Assembly (NCBI GenBank): GCA_963732385.1
Contig: CAVSZB010000007.1
Coordinates: forward strand, 544,001 to 608,000
Direction: 5' to 3'
Length of the DNA stretch: 64,000 nucleotides
From: an uncultured bacterium
GTDB taxonomy: Bacteria > Krumholzibacteriota > Krumholzibacteriia > LZORAL124-64-63
Below are positions 11,280 to 19,730 of the stretch, piece after piece. The position numbers were made by a program, and so were the translations under genes. The stretch's first letter is position 1; each line of letters opens with the position of its first letter. The notes under the pieces were generated by a model. The model was not told where the DNA came from. It searched no databases and was given only the letters and a program-made list of their open reading frames with translations.

Positions 11280-11732
11280 TCAGCGGCGCTGGCGCAGCAG
11301 GGCTGCCAGCCCCTCGATGGCCAGGCGGTAGCCCTCCGCACCGAAGCCCTGGACAGTCGCGGTCACGACGTCGGAGATGTAACTGGTGCGACGGAACGGC
11401 TCGCGCCGCATGGGGTTGGTCAAATGAACTTCCACGACCGGCACCTGCAGACAGAGCAGACAATCACGCAGGGCGACCGAAGTGTGGCTGTAGGCGGCAG
11501 CGTTAAGGACGATCCCGGCGCTGGTCTGGCCGGCTTCGGCCAGCCGGGCGATCAGCTCCCCTTCGGCGTCGAACTGCTCCACTTCTGCCCGCAGCCCCGC
11601 CGCCGCACCCCATTGCCGGCACAACTCCAACAGTTCGGGCCACGGGGTGGTGCCGTAAAGAGACGGTTCGCGCTGACCGAGCTGGTCGAGATTGGGACCG
11701 TTCAGGATGGAAACGGGGACCGCGCCGCTCAA
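11280..11732 (-). CDS. aroQ: Type II 3-dehydroquinate dehydratase
   Basis: ILNGPNLDQLG.REP.LYG, NAAAYSHTSVALRD, VEVHLTN..RREPFR..S. Confidence 0.95.
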   Translation of the reverse strand: MSGAVPVSILNGPNLDQLGQREPSLYGTTPWPELLELCRQWGAAAGLRAEVEQFDAEGELIARLAEAGQTSAGIVLNAAAYSHTSVALRDCLLCLQVPVVEVHLTNPMRREPFRRTSYISDVVTATVQGFGAEGYRLAIEGLAALLRQRR

Positions 11733-12649
11733 GGGCCCTCTTCCGGCTTGGCGACCCGGCCGAGCCATGCCTCGAAGTGCAGCCGGTTTTCCGTTGCAGG
11801 CGGGGGGGACGAGGCCAAGGCCTGTGGCGCAGGAGCGCCTGAGGGGGCGGAACTGGACGGCTGGCTCTGGATCTCCTCGATCTTCGCCACAACGTCCAGG
11901 CGATCGGGATGGCGGCTCAGGATCTCGCGCAGGACCGTCAACGCCTTCTCCCGGTACCCCTGGGCCAGGTAGATCTCCGCCAGGGTCCGCGTGGCGAAAG
12001 ACTGGCGCTCCTGTACGGGCGAAAGGGCATCCGGCTCCGCCGCCGCCTCGCCGGTCGCGACCGGCTCGGCCGCTGCGCAGTCCGCAACGGCATCCTCTCC
12101 GGCGAGGGGCAGCGCCGCGCCTGTGGTCGGCTCCGTCACATCCGTGGGCGCGGGCATCGCCATGGCCGCGCTGTCGGGGGACTCGTCGTCCACGGGCACG
12201 GGCTTCGACTCGGCGAACGCCGGCGTGGCCACGCCCCCACGCAACGCATCGAGGCGCGTCGCCGCGAGTTCATCCGTGGGGTCGAGGAATACCACCCGCT
12301 CGAGAAACTCGGCGCCGCGGGCGTTGTCGTCCGCGGCCAGAGCCATTTCAGCGAGGTTCTTGAGGGCGACCAGATTGTCCGGATCGAGCGCGAGGACGCG
12401 CGTGAAGGCCTCGCCCGACTCGGTCGGCCTGCCCGCGTCGACGTGGCAACGGGCCAGGATCACCAGCGCGGAGACATAGCGAGGGTGCTCGGCGAGCCCC
12501 GCTTCCAGCACTTCGATCGCCTCTTCCAGCCGTCCCGCCTTCCGGTAGAGATCGGCCAGTGGCGCAAAGGCGCGCGAATGCGGATTCAGCTCATACTTGC
12601 GCTGATAAAATTGAATCTGCTGCTCGATGTTCGTGCCGGAATCCAGCAT
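11729..12649 (-). CDS. Tetratricopeptide repeat protein
   Basis: FAPLADLYRK.G..EEA TPR repeats, low-complexity linker, TRTLAEIYLAQG C-terminal TPR. Confidence 0.85.
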   Translation of the reverse strand: MLDSGTNIEQQIQFYQRKYELNPHSRAFAPLADLYRKAGRLEEAIEVLEAGLAEHPRYVSALVILARCHVDAGRPTESGEAFTRVLALDPDNLVALKNLAEMALAADDNARGAEFLERVVFLDPTDELAATRLDALRGGVATPAFAESKPVPVDDESPDSAAMAMPAPTDVTEPTTGAALPLAGEDAVADCAAAEPVATGEAAAEPDALSPVQERQSFATRTLAEIYLAQGYREKALTVLREILSRHPDRLDVVAKIEEIQSQPSSSAPSGAPAPQALASSPPPATENRLHFEAWLGRVAKPEEGP

Positions 12650-12769
12650 GAAGCCCTCTCTGCCGCGGAGCGTCAGTCTAGGGATACAGCCCCGGGGTCG
12701 TCAACTTTATCTTCGGCTGCGCGGCGTGCGACCTGTAGCGCGGGTCCTCGCCCAACTGCACCGCCGGGC

Positions 12770-13462
12770 TCAGATCAGGCCGAGCCAGTCCCCGACAAGA
12801 AATTGCAACCTGCTTATCAACAGCGATATACGCGCCATCACAGTATAGCCGAACGAGGTTCCGAAGGTCACCATCATGAAGCCGATGCCGATCCGAGCCA
12901 TCCGGCCCAGCGGGCCGCGATGCTCGCGGGTATATGTGAAGTAGGCCAGTCCGCACAGCGTGCCGACCAGCAGCACCACATTCGACAGGCTCTCCCCCGG
13001 CTGCAGACGCCCTCCGTTGAACACCACCAGGCTCGGCGCCGCAGCGGCGCGCAACTGCAGGATAAAATCCGACTGCAAATAGCGCAGCAGATTGGTGCCG
13101 GCGCTGACACCAATCGCGAAGGCGGTCGGCCAGCGGCTCCAGATGGCCGTCCGTGGATGCAGGCGACAGAGCATCAGCAGGCCCAGGCCGACCGGGACCA
13201 GCACCACCGGATCATAAGTTCCCGGCGCCGCTTCCGGATTGATCACCCGCTCGGCCGCCGGCCATAGCTTGACGATCGCGTTCGGCCACAAGGTGGACCA
13301 GAAGTTGATGACCATCACGTAGGCGGCGGAAGCGCCGACGAGCACGTGCTCGGCGAACTTGTAGAATGGATTGTCACGCCACAGAAAACTGAAGACCATC
13401 AGCGTCAGGCAGGCGCCGACCCACACCTCCAGGCTCCCGCTCAGATGCAGCCCGCCGTTCAA
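12770..13462 (-). CDS. Hypothetical polytopic membrane protein (last gene of the GlmL operon)
   Basis: About 6 hydrophobic segments; SFLWRDNPFYKFAEH, YFTYT, MVTFG..FGYTVMARISLL; TTG start overlaps the upstream stop. Confidence 0.8.
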   Translation of the reverse strand: MNGGLHLSGSLEVWVGACLTLMVFSFLWRDNPFYKFAEHVLVGASAAYVMVINFWSTLWPNAIVKLWPAAERVINPEAAPGTYDPVVLVPVGLGLLMLCRLHPRTAIWSRWPTAFAIGVSAGTNLLRYLQSDFILQLRAAAAPSLVVFNGGRLQPGESLSNVVLLVGTLCGLAYFTYTREHRGPLGRMARIGIGFMMVTFGTSFGYTVMARISLLISRLQFLVGDWLGLI

Positions 13463-14343
13463 GCCGACTCCCGACGTCGGCGACGCCGCTCGATCAGATA
13501 GCCGGCATTTCCCACGAGAATGAAGATAATGATCACCGTATGTGCGATCGACTGCGGCCCCATGCCGTCGGTGGCGGCCATGGTGCGCTGGGGAAAGTCG
13601 GGATGTCCGCGCTCAAGCGCCGCTTCGTATTCAGCGGCCCCCTTCAGCCCTCCGAGCAGTCCGATCAATTGCCGTGGGAAATAGGGCAGGAACTCCGGCG
13701 TCCCTACCCCGGTGCAGCCCCCTGCCACGGGCACTCCGGTCACGTCTCCCGCGAAAAGGATCCACTCCTTCAGCCCCGGCGAACCGCCGGACAACGACAC
13801 GATCAGACCGCAATCCGACAAACCGCGCACATCTGCGAGGACCGGCAGCGCGGTGAGCAGGCTGTCGCGCAGATCGGTCCGGTACATGGCGCCGAAGTTG
13901 TCGCGGATGGCGTTGATCAGGATCTCATTCCCGGCCTTGTAACCCAGGGCCACCCAGGCGACCCCCTCCCGCCTGTCGGGGAACTCGACGGCCAGCACAT
14001 CGGTCCGCAGGTCCTCGATCATCGCGTTGCCGGTGTCCCAGACCGAGAGCAGGATCAGGCGGTGGCCCCGCAGCAGCGCATGCCGGGCCAGCGCCCGCGC
14101 CATCGGTTCCAGCTCCGGACGGGAATTCGGCGAATAGTCGAGCGAGAGAACGAGCGGCGTCCCCTCCGGCAGGGCCTCCACCCGGTCGTAGAGTCCCTGC
14201 GCCAGCGGCGAGGGGCTGTCGGGGAAGCGGATGCGCGCCACGATCGACAGCAGGATCGCGCCCGCCAGCGCGGCATGGATCCAGCGCCGGTCGAGCGACG
14301 AGAGCGCCGATCCGCGCGATTGACACCCTGTCTCGCCGCTCAC
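13459..14343 (-). CDS. Hypothetical membrane-anchored alpha/beta protein (N- and C-terminal TM helices)
   Basis: DRRWI N-terminal TM, LSLDYSP...PEL.PM, LGYKAG, PY...Q..GLLGGLKGAAEYE, QS.AH + TM; GTG start overlaps the upstream stop. Confidence 0.8.
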   Translation of the reverse strand: MSGETGCQSRGSALSSLDRRWIHAALAGAILLSIVARIRFPDSPSPLAQGLYDRVEALPEGTPLVLSLDYSPNSRPELEPMARALARHALLRGHRLILLSVWDTGNAMIEDLRTDVLAVEFPDRREGVAWVALGYKAGNEILINAIRDNFGAMYRTDLRDSLLTALPVLADVRGLSDCGLIVSLSGGSPGLKEWILFAGDVTGVPVAGGCTGVGTPEFLPYFPRQLIGLLGGLKGAAEYEAALERGHPDFPQRTMAATDGMGPQSIAHTVIIIFILVGNAGYLIERRRRRRESA

Positions 14344-15035
14344 GATTCCCCCCGGCCGAGCAGACCGCGCTCGATTCCCAGCAGGAGACGCAGCGACATC
14401 GCCACGGTCCCCAGCGCGATGCCAATCGTGATCGCCCTTTGCCCCGCCGTATTCGGCACCTGGACCACCCAGAGCGCCACGTTCTCCAGACGCAGGAAGG
14501 ACAGCGATGCCGGGAGCCAGTCGGTCAGCGAGTGTCCGAACGGGGTGCGACCCGACAGGATGATGAGCGCCGCCGCGAGCAGGGCCGCCGCTTCGCGGGA
14601 TCGGACGCGGAACGCACGGTAGGACGCGGACGCGATATAGAAGGCAAGCAGCGCGAAAATACTCGCCTGCAACGGGCTGATCACGGCCCGGAAGATCCAG
14701 TGCACGGTCGATCCGGCGTCCGAGGGATCCCCGCCGATGCGCGCCAGACCGGCGATCAGCACCACTGCGAAGGCGATCAGTCCGGCCAGCGAATAGGGCC
14801 AGTCGCGCTGACGCCGCAGCACGCGCCCTCCGTGCACCTTGAGCAGGCTCGCGGCCCCCAGCCCGAAGGCGAACACCGCAAGAATGTTGAACCAGACGGA
14901 GAAATTCTCGTCGACGTAGACAAAGAAGGACTGCCACTCGGTCGGGCCGGCCGGGCCGGGCCGCGGCACGAACGCCTTCAGGATCAGCAGGCTGCCGACA
15001 ATCCCGACCACGATCCGCGGCAGGCGGCGGCGCAT
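14340..15035 (-). CDS. Hypothetical polytopic membrane protein
   Basis: 5-6 TM segments; PLQASIFALLAFYIASASYRAFRVR, P..AGQRAI.IGIALG...LR.LLGIER. Confidence 0.8.
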   Translation of the reverse strand: MRRRLPRIVVGIVGSLLILKAFVPRPGPAGPTEWQSFFVYVDENFSVWFNILAVFAFGLGAASLLKVHGGRVLRRQRDWPYSLAGLIAFAVVLIAGLARIGGDPSDAGSTVHWIFRAVISPLQASIFALLAFYIASASYRAFRVRSREAAALLAAALIILSGRTPFGHSLTDWLPASLSFLRLENVALWVVQVPNTAGQRAITIGIALGTVAMSLRLLLGIERGLLGRGES

Positions 15036-15036
15036 G

Positions 15037-15855
15037 TCAGCCGACCCCCGTCTCGAAAAGGCGCAGGAATCCGGCGCGCAGCGCCACCAGCGGTCCCCAC
15101 CCGGTCAACGCGGCAGCCGTGGCAAGCAGGGCGCCGGCGATCAGGCAGGCGGCCGCGAACGCCTTGCCCAGATCCTGGCCGCGCAACGTGCCCAGCAGCG
15201 CCGGTTCGCCGGTCAGGCAGGCACTGGCGGCGAACAGTTCCTCGCCTATGAGCGTGTAGTCGCACGCGGCCACGAAGAGCGGCAGTTGGCTCTTCTCCGC
15301 GGTTCCCGCGATCTGGATCGCCCCCGCCTGTGCGCCCGCCTCCGCGATCAACAATGATTCCGCGCCGAAACATCCAAACAGCAGGCAGGCGGCGGGCTGG
15401 TCGCGCGCGATTATCCCGTCCACGCGGGCGGCAAGACCAAGTTGGTCGTCCGAGACATAGCTCACCGTATCGTCGCGCCACGCCTCAACGCGCCCGGCGG
15501 TCGCGTAGGCGTTGCGACAGGTGTCCCGCGCAGCCGCCAGCACGAGACTCCGGCTCGTCGGCACCTGCAGTTGGCACTCCAGCCGCGCCGCCAGGCCGGC
15601 CACCTCGCCCAGCACGGCCAGTCCGGCGATTGTCTGCACGTTGTCGAGGTCGCGCGAACCGGGCACGAACAGCACCGGGCGCCCCAACTCCACCGCCCGT
15701 CCGACGGCTTCGGCGATCGCATCCACGCCCGGCAACCGGCGGACCCGGGGCGGGTGTCCCCGTTCGGCCCGGTGGATGGAAAATATGATCGTCCCACCCA
15801 CGACCAGCGTGAGAAGCGCCAGGTTCCAGCTTTCCGGAGCGAACAAGGCGTCCAC
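15037..15855 (-). CDS. DUF6754-like membrane-anchored protein
   Basis: VRRLPG.DAI.EAVGRA.ELGRPV, AESLLIAE.G...GAIQIAGT, QLP.F...CDYTLIGEELFAASA, L.GQD..K; family name from recall. Confidence 0.72.
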   Translation of the reverse strand: MDALFAPESWNLALLTLVVGGTIIFSIHRAERGHPPRVRRLPGVDAIAEAVGRAVELGRPVLFVPGSRDLDNVQTIAGLAVLGEVAGLAARLECQLQVPTSRSLVLAAARDTCRNAYATAGRVEAWRDDTVSYVSDDQLGLAARVDGIIARDQPAACLLFGCFGAESLLIAEAGAQAGAIQIAGTAEKSQLPLFVAACDYTLIGEELFAASACLTGEPALLGTLRGQDLGKAFAAACLIAGALLATAAALTGWGPLVALRAGFLRLFETGVG

Positions 15856-15876
15856 GCGGCCTCCTCGCGAAACGGT

Positions 15877-16992
15877 TCAGAACAGTTCGACGTTGCTGCG
15901 CGGTACGGTCACGCGCACGCCGGACTCCAACTCAGCTTCAAGGATCCGCACCACGGCCCCGCTCGCCACGGCGCGCGGATCGGGCGGCAAGGCGACCACC
16001 GTTCCGAGCTGCCCGAAATGGGGAGCGCGGACCAGCCGCACGGAGGTGCCGATGGCGAGGCCGTCGGCTGCGATGCCGTCCGCCACGCTGTGCTCCCCCG
16101 CCGTCGACGGCACGATGATCTCGGGGCGCAGCACCCCGGAACGGATCTGGGTTGCGCCGCTCACGCTCGCCAGCAAGCCTTCGCGCTGACCGAGCAGGCG
16201 GAAGGTGCGACGGGCCATGGCGATTTCCCCGAAGCCCTCGGTCACGATCAGGGTCAGACCGACCTGCTCGGCTCCGGTCACCCCGGACCCCATCTCGCCC
16301 CCCATGAACTCACCCAGATCGAGGGCGTGCACGCCGCCGGTGATGATGGCGCCGACGCCTAACTGCGCGGCGCGCGCCAGCGCCTCCCGCGTGACCAGAG
16401 CACCTCCCACCACGACCTTTCCCCGCTGGTCGGGGGTGATCGCCGTCTCGGTAAGCCTATCGCCAGGCACCGACACCCCGAGGACGATCGCGCCCCAGGT
16501 CTCTCCGCCAATGCCGAAAATCCCCTGGATCCAGGTTCCTCCGGCGGCGATGGTCGCCCCGCGCCCCGGTCGCACCGCGATCACCGTGCCGGCCAGATGC
16601 GCCCGCACCTCCACCGGAAGCGGCGGCCCCTCGATCATCACCTGCCCCGTCGCGGCCGAAACGGAGGCCAGCGTGCCGCCGACGGGAGCGCGGCATTCGG
16701 CCCTCAGCAGCCCGAAAAAACCCTTCGTGCGGGCAAGCAGTTCCCCCTTGCGCACGGACTCGCCCATCTGCTTCAGGAGGGCTGCGGCCACCTCGGCCGG
16801 CTCCACGCCCAGGCTGGCCGCCACGTTCACAGGCGACAATGTCCCCCGCAGGATCGTACGCGCAACTACGGTGTCGGGCGCGACAACCTGCCCCTCACGC
16901 ACCAGAACCTCGCCCTCTACCGGCAGGATCCTCTCCCGCCGCAAGGCGGCCCACTCGCAGGTTCTCAGACCGGGACAGTACGCGTGGCTCAC
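15877..16992 (-). CDS. Hypothetical soluble protein with barrel-sandwich hybrid repeats, alpha/beta middle domain and KOW-like C-terminus
   Basis: VREGQVV and GESVRKGELLA...APVGGT hybrid motifs; IQGIFGIGGE; TEGFG; GATQIRSGV.RPEI; VR..R.P.FG..G.V; GTG overlaps the upstream stop. Confidence 0.8.
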   Translation of the reverse strand: MSHAYCPGLRTCEWAALRRERILPVEGEVLVREGQVVAPDTVVARTILRGTLSPVNVAASLGVEPAEVAAALLKQMGESVRKGELLARTKGFFGLLRAECRAPVGGTLASVSAATGQVMIEGPPLPVEVRAHLAGTVIAVRPGRGATIAAGGTWIQGIFGIGGETWGAIVLGVSVPGDRLTETAITPDQRGKVVVGGALVTREALARAAQLGVGAIITGGVHALDLGEFMGGEMGSGVTGAEQVGLTLIVTEGFGEIAMARRTFRLLGQREGLLASVSGATQIRSGVLRPEIIVPSTAGEHSVADGIAADGLAIGTSVRLVRAPHFGQLGTVVALPPDPRAVASGAVVRILEAELESGVRVTVPRSNVELF

Positions 16993-18827
16993 GCGATCCC
17001 CTCCGGATAGAGATCCAGCGCGGCATGCCAGCGACGCAGGCACTCCAGGCGTTCGGCTTCGCGGGCCGGCCACACCAGCGGCCGGCCGCGTCCATCCATG
17101 ATCAATCCCACTTCGCCGCCGTCCAGGTCGGTCTCGAGCAGCGCCCCCGGACCCCGCCCAACATCGAATCCGCGCCCTGGCTCGACCCGCAAGCGCGCCC
17201 GCTCGCCGCGCGCCAGCGGCAACAGCGCAAGGTCCCCCGCCTCCAGGAGCGCCTCCTGCGTGGCGCCTGTCTCCGACTCCAGCGTCACGCGAGCCAGCGG
17301 ACTGCCGGGCCTGGCTGGCGGCCCCACGGGCGCCAGACACGCCCCGAGCGGAATCAGGCAATCGCTCTCCAGCACCTCGCGCGCCGCCTCCGGCTGGACG
17401 CCGCTCAGGACCCCGAGTTGCGGCAGCATGAACACGGAATCCACCGCCAGAAGGGTCAGGCCCTCAGGCAGGAAGGCGTCCACAAGCATGAGTGCGGCCT
17501 GGGCGCGATGCGGCGCGTGCGAAAGCACACCGCCGGATCCGATGAGCAGATCGAGGTCCAGCAGATCTACCAGACTCGCGTCCCGATCGTCCTGCCGGAA
17601 AGCATCGCTGATGCTGCGCCGCCGGCGAACACCCATCAATCCCCGCGTTGCGAAGGCCTGGTGCTGAGCAAAAGCCAGGCGCAGCGCCTCCCGAGCCACC
17701 GCCTGCTCCACGAGCAGATCGCTCAACAGCTGCGGAAGCGTCGTGGGGCGAATCATCTTGTTGAGCAGGAGATCGCGCAGGTCGCGCTCCTCGATCGGCA
17801 ACGGCACCCAGCGTTTCACGTTCGCCAGTCCGGCGCAGCGGAGCACATTTGCCACGCTGTAGCTGAGACCCAGATTCGCGCTGACCGTGCGGTTGAATTG
17901 GCCGCCGAACACCGAGAAGACGTCCGTCGTGGCGCCGCCAATATCCACCGCCAATACGTTGCGCTCCCCGGCAGTCGCGATCGACTGCACCATCTGACCA
18001 ACGGCCGCGGGGGTCGGGATGATCGGATGGTCACACATGGCCATCAGGGCGAGGTAGCCCGGCGCCCTGGCCATGACGTGTTCCAGGAACACATCATGGA
18101 TCTTCTCCCTCGCCGGCCCGAGGTTCTCCCGCTCCAGGACGGGACGCAGGTTGTCGACCATCACGAGATCGACCCGTCCACCGAAGGCGGCGGCGACCGC
18201 CGGCCGCGCATCGACATTGCCGGCATAGACGACCGGCAGTTCACCGGCCCCGCCAAGCCGCGGCCGAGGCTCGGCCGCGACGACCAGTTCCGCCAGCTTG
18301 ATGACGTGGCTGGTGCTGCCACCGTCGACAGCGCCGCTGAGCAGGATCATATCGGGACGCAGTTGCCGGATCCGCTCGATCTGTTCATGGGGACGGCGCG
18401 GGTCGTTGAACGCGATGACATCCATGACGATGGCGCCCGCACCCAGCGCGGCCCGCTCGGCGCTTTCGGCCGTCATGTTCCGCACGACCCCCGCAACCAG
18501 CATCTGCAGACCGCCACCGGCGCTGCTGGTGCAGAGAAAGAGGTCCACGCCCTCGCCATCGCGCGCCGGCCGCAGCAGCGCGCCGGAGACGGGATCGAGC
18601 AGCCTTCGGCCGGACAGTTCGGCTACTTCGGCGATCGCGTTGCGCACCCCGCGCGTAACATCCGCCCAGGGCGCCTCCACGGTCGTCGGCGCTTCACCCC
18701 GGGCGGTCAGACGATAGCGACCGTTGCGACGTTCGACGAGGATCGCCTTCGTGGATGTGGACCCGCAATCGATCACTAATATTGTGCCGTGAACGACGGG
18801 AGACGCGCCGGCGGGGAGCGCGCTCAC
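16989..18827 (-). CDS. GlmL/'glutamate mutase L'-family ASKHA ATPase (reactivase-like) with C-terminal extension
   Basis: IDCGSTSTK (phosphate-1), SSAGGGL.M, PDMILLSG..DGG, VYAGN, PTP.AV, VDIGGATTDVFS (phosphate-2), RTV..NLG. Confidence 0.85.
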   Translation of the reverse strand: MSALPAGASPVVHGTILVIDCGSTSTKAILVERRNGRYRLTARGEAPTTVEAPWADVTRGVRNAIAEVAELSGRRLLDPVSGALLRPARDGEGVDLFLCTSSAGGGLQMLVAGVVRNMTAESAERAALGAGAIVMDVIAFNDPRRPHEQIERIRQLRPDMILLSGAVDGGSTSHVIKLAELVVAAEPRPRLGGAGELPVVYAGNVDARPAVAAAFGGRVDLVMVDNLRPVLERENLGPAREKIHDVFLEHVMARAPGYLALMAMCDHPIIPTPAAVGQMVQSIATAGERNVLAVDIGGATTDVFSVFGGQFNRTVSANLGLSYSVANVLRCAGLANVKRWVPLPIEERDLRDLLLNKMIRPTTLPQLLSDLLVEQAVAREALRLAFAQHQAFATRGLMGVRRRRSISDAFRQDDRDASLVDLLDLDLLIGSGGVLSHAPHRAQAALMLVDAFLPEGLTLLAVDSVFMLPQLGVLSGVQPEAAREVLESDCLIPLGACLAPVGPPARPGSPLARVTLESETGATQEALLEAGDLALLPLARGERARLRVEPGRGFDVGRGPGALLETDLDGGEVGLIMDGRGRPLVWPAREAERLECLRRWHAALDLYPEGIA

Positions 18828-19189
18828 TGCGGATTCTCCGGCCTGGCGGCCGGCGCGGACGCCGCCGTTTCGATCAGGCGAAGCAACCGCTCGAGATGCC
18901 CGCGCTCCTCGAAAATCACGGCGAGCCGCTCGAACCGGACCCCCGACGTCAATAGTTGGACGAAGGGGGTCAGCGCGTGCATCGCCTGTGCGCCAACGAA
19001 GGAGAGAGGCCGCAGGCTCTCCAGCCAGAGCACCGCGGGAGTGGCCAATCCGCGCCGCTGCACCGCCAGCGCCAGTTCGGCCAGCAGCAGATCGTCATCG
19101 GCCGCAAGGGTGGCGGGACGCGGCCCGGTCGCGTCGGCAAGCGCCGTCGCGACGGGCAGGGGCAGGGGCTGCGACCGGGGCGTTGTCAC
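18824..19189 (-). CDS. Small hypothetical helical protein
   Basis: RRGL.TPA.L.LES.RPLSF...Q, EER..LE.L...IE; GTGA overlaps on both sides. Confidence 0.72.
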   Translation of the reverse strand: MTTPRSQPLPLPVATALADATGPRPATLAADDDLLLAELALAVQRRGLATPAVLWLESLRPLSFVGAQAMHALTPFVQLLTSGVRFERLAVIFEERGHLERLLRLIETAASAPAARPENPQ

Positions 19190-19623
19190 GCGGCATCCCC
19201 CGGCTTCCCGCCCCGACAGAGCAGTCGGCGGGCCAGAATCTCCGCGAGCCGATCCCCCGCCTCGGGACACGGCACCAGCACGGCACGCCAGCGTTCCAGG
19301 GGATGCGGTCGGGCAAAGGGGGTCAGAACCACGGCGCCCCGCACCGGCACGAAGGCCCGGAAGCGATCCCATGGCCAGCGACGGCGCCACAGCCCGTAAT
19401 CGGCTTCGACCCCAGCGCCATCGAGACGCCAGCGCGTGGGGAAGTAGAACGGCCAGAGCGAGACCAGCAGCAGCAGAGCCCCCAGCCCGGTGAGTGCGAA
19501 CGTCCGCGCCCAGACGTGCACAAGCCCCAGCGCCGCGAGACTCACGCCCAGACCGGCCATTCCCCGCGCCCGCTGGCGCCGAAAAGGGTGTGTCGTCCAT
19601 GACAATTCGTCCGGGTCATCCAT
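19186..19623 (-). CDS. Hypothetical 2-TM protein with bacterial PH-like C-terminal domain
   Basis: LSWTTHP, two TM helices, YFPT.W.L...GV, R.W..F; ATG after a GGAG SD. Confidence 0.7.
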   Translation of the reverse strand: MDDPDELSWTTHPFRRQRARGMAGLGVSLAALGLVHVWARTFALTGLGALLLLVSLWPFYFPTRWRLDGAGVEADYGLWRRRWPWDRFRAFVPVRGAVVLTPFARPHPLERWRAVLVPCPEAGDRLAEILARRLLCRGGKPGDAA

Positions 19624-19730
19624 GCCACTCCTGCCGACGTCCGCCGGGTGATGCTCCGTGCGGCCGCCAGCGTAGATACATCGCGAATCCCGCCCGCGGC
19701 TTGAGCGTCGCGCGGCGCGGCGCCGCCTCC

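Noticed and set aside
16989..18827. Reading the 'MutL' family label as DNA mismatch repair MutL
   Set aside because: Motifs are ASKHA (DxGSTxTK, DIGGATTD), not GHKL; the name refers to the glutamate-mutase-associated protein
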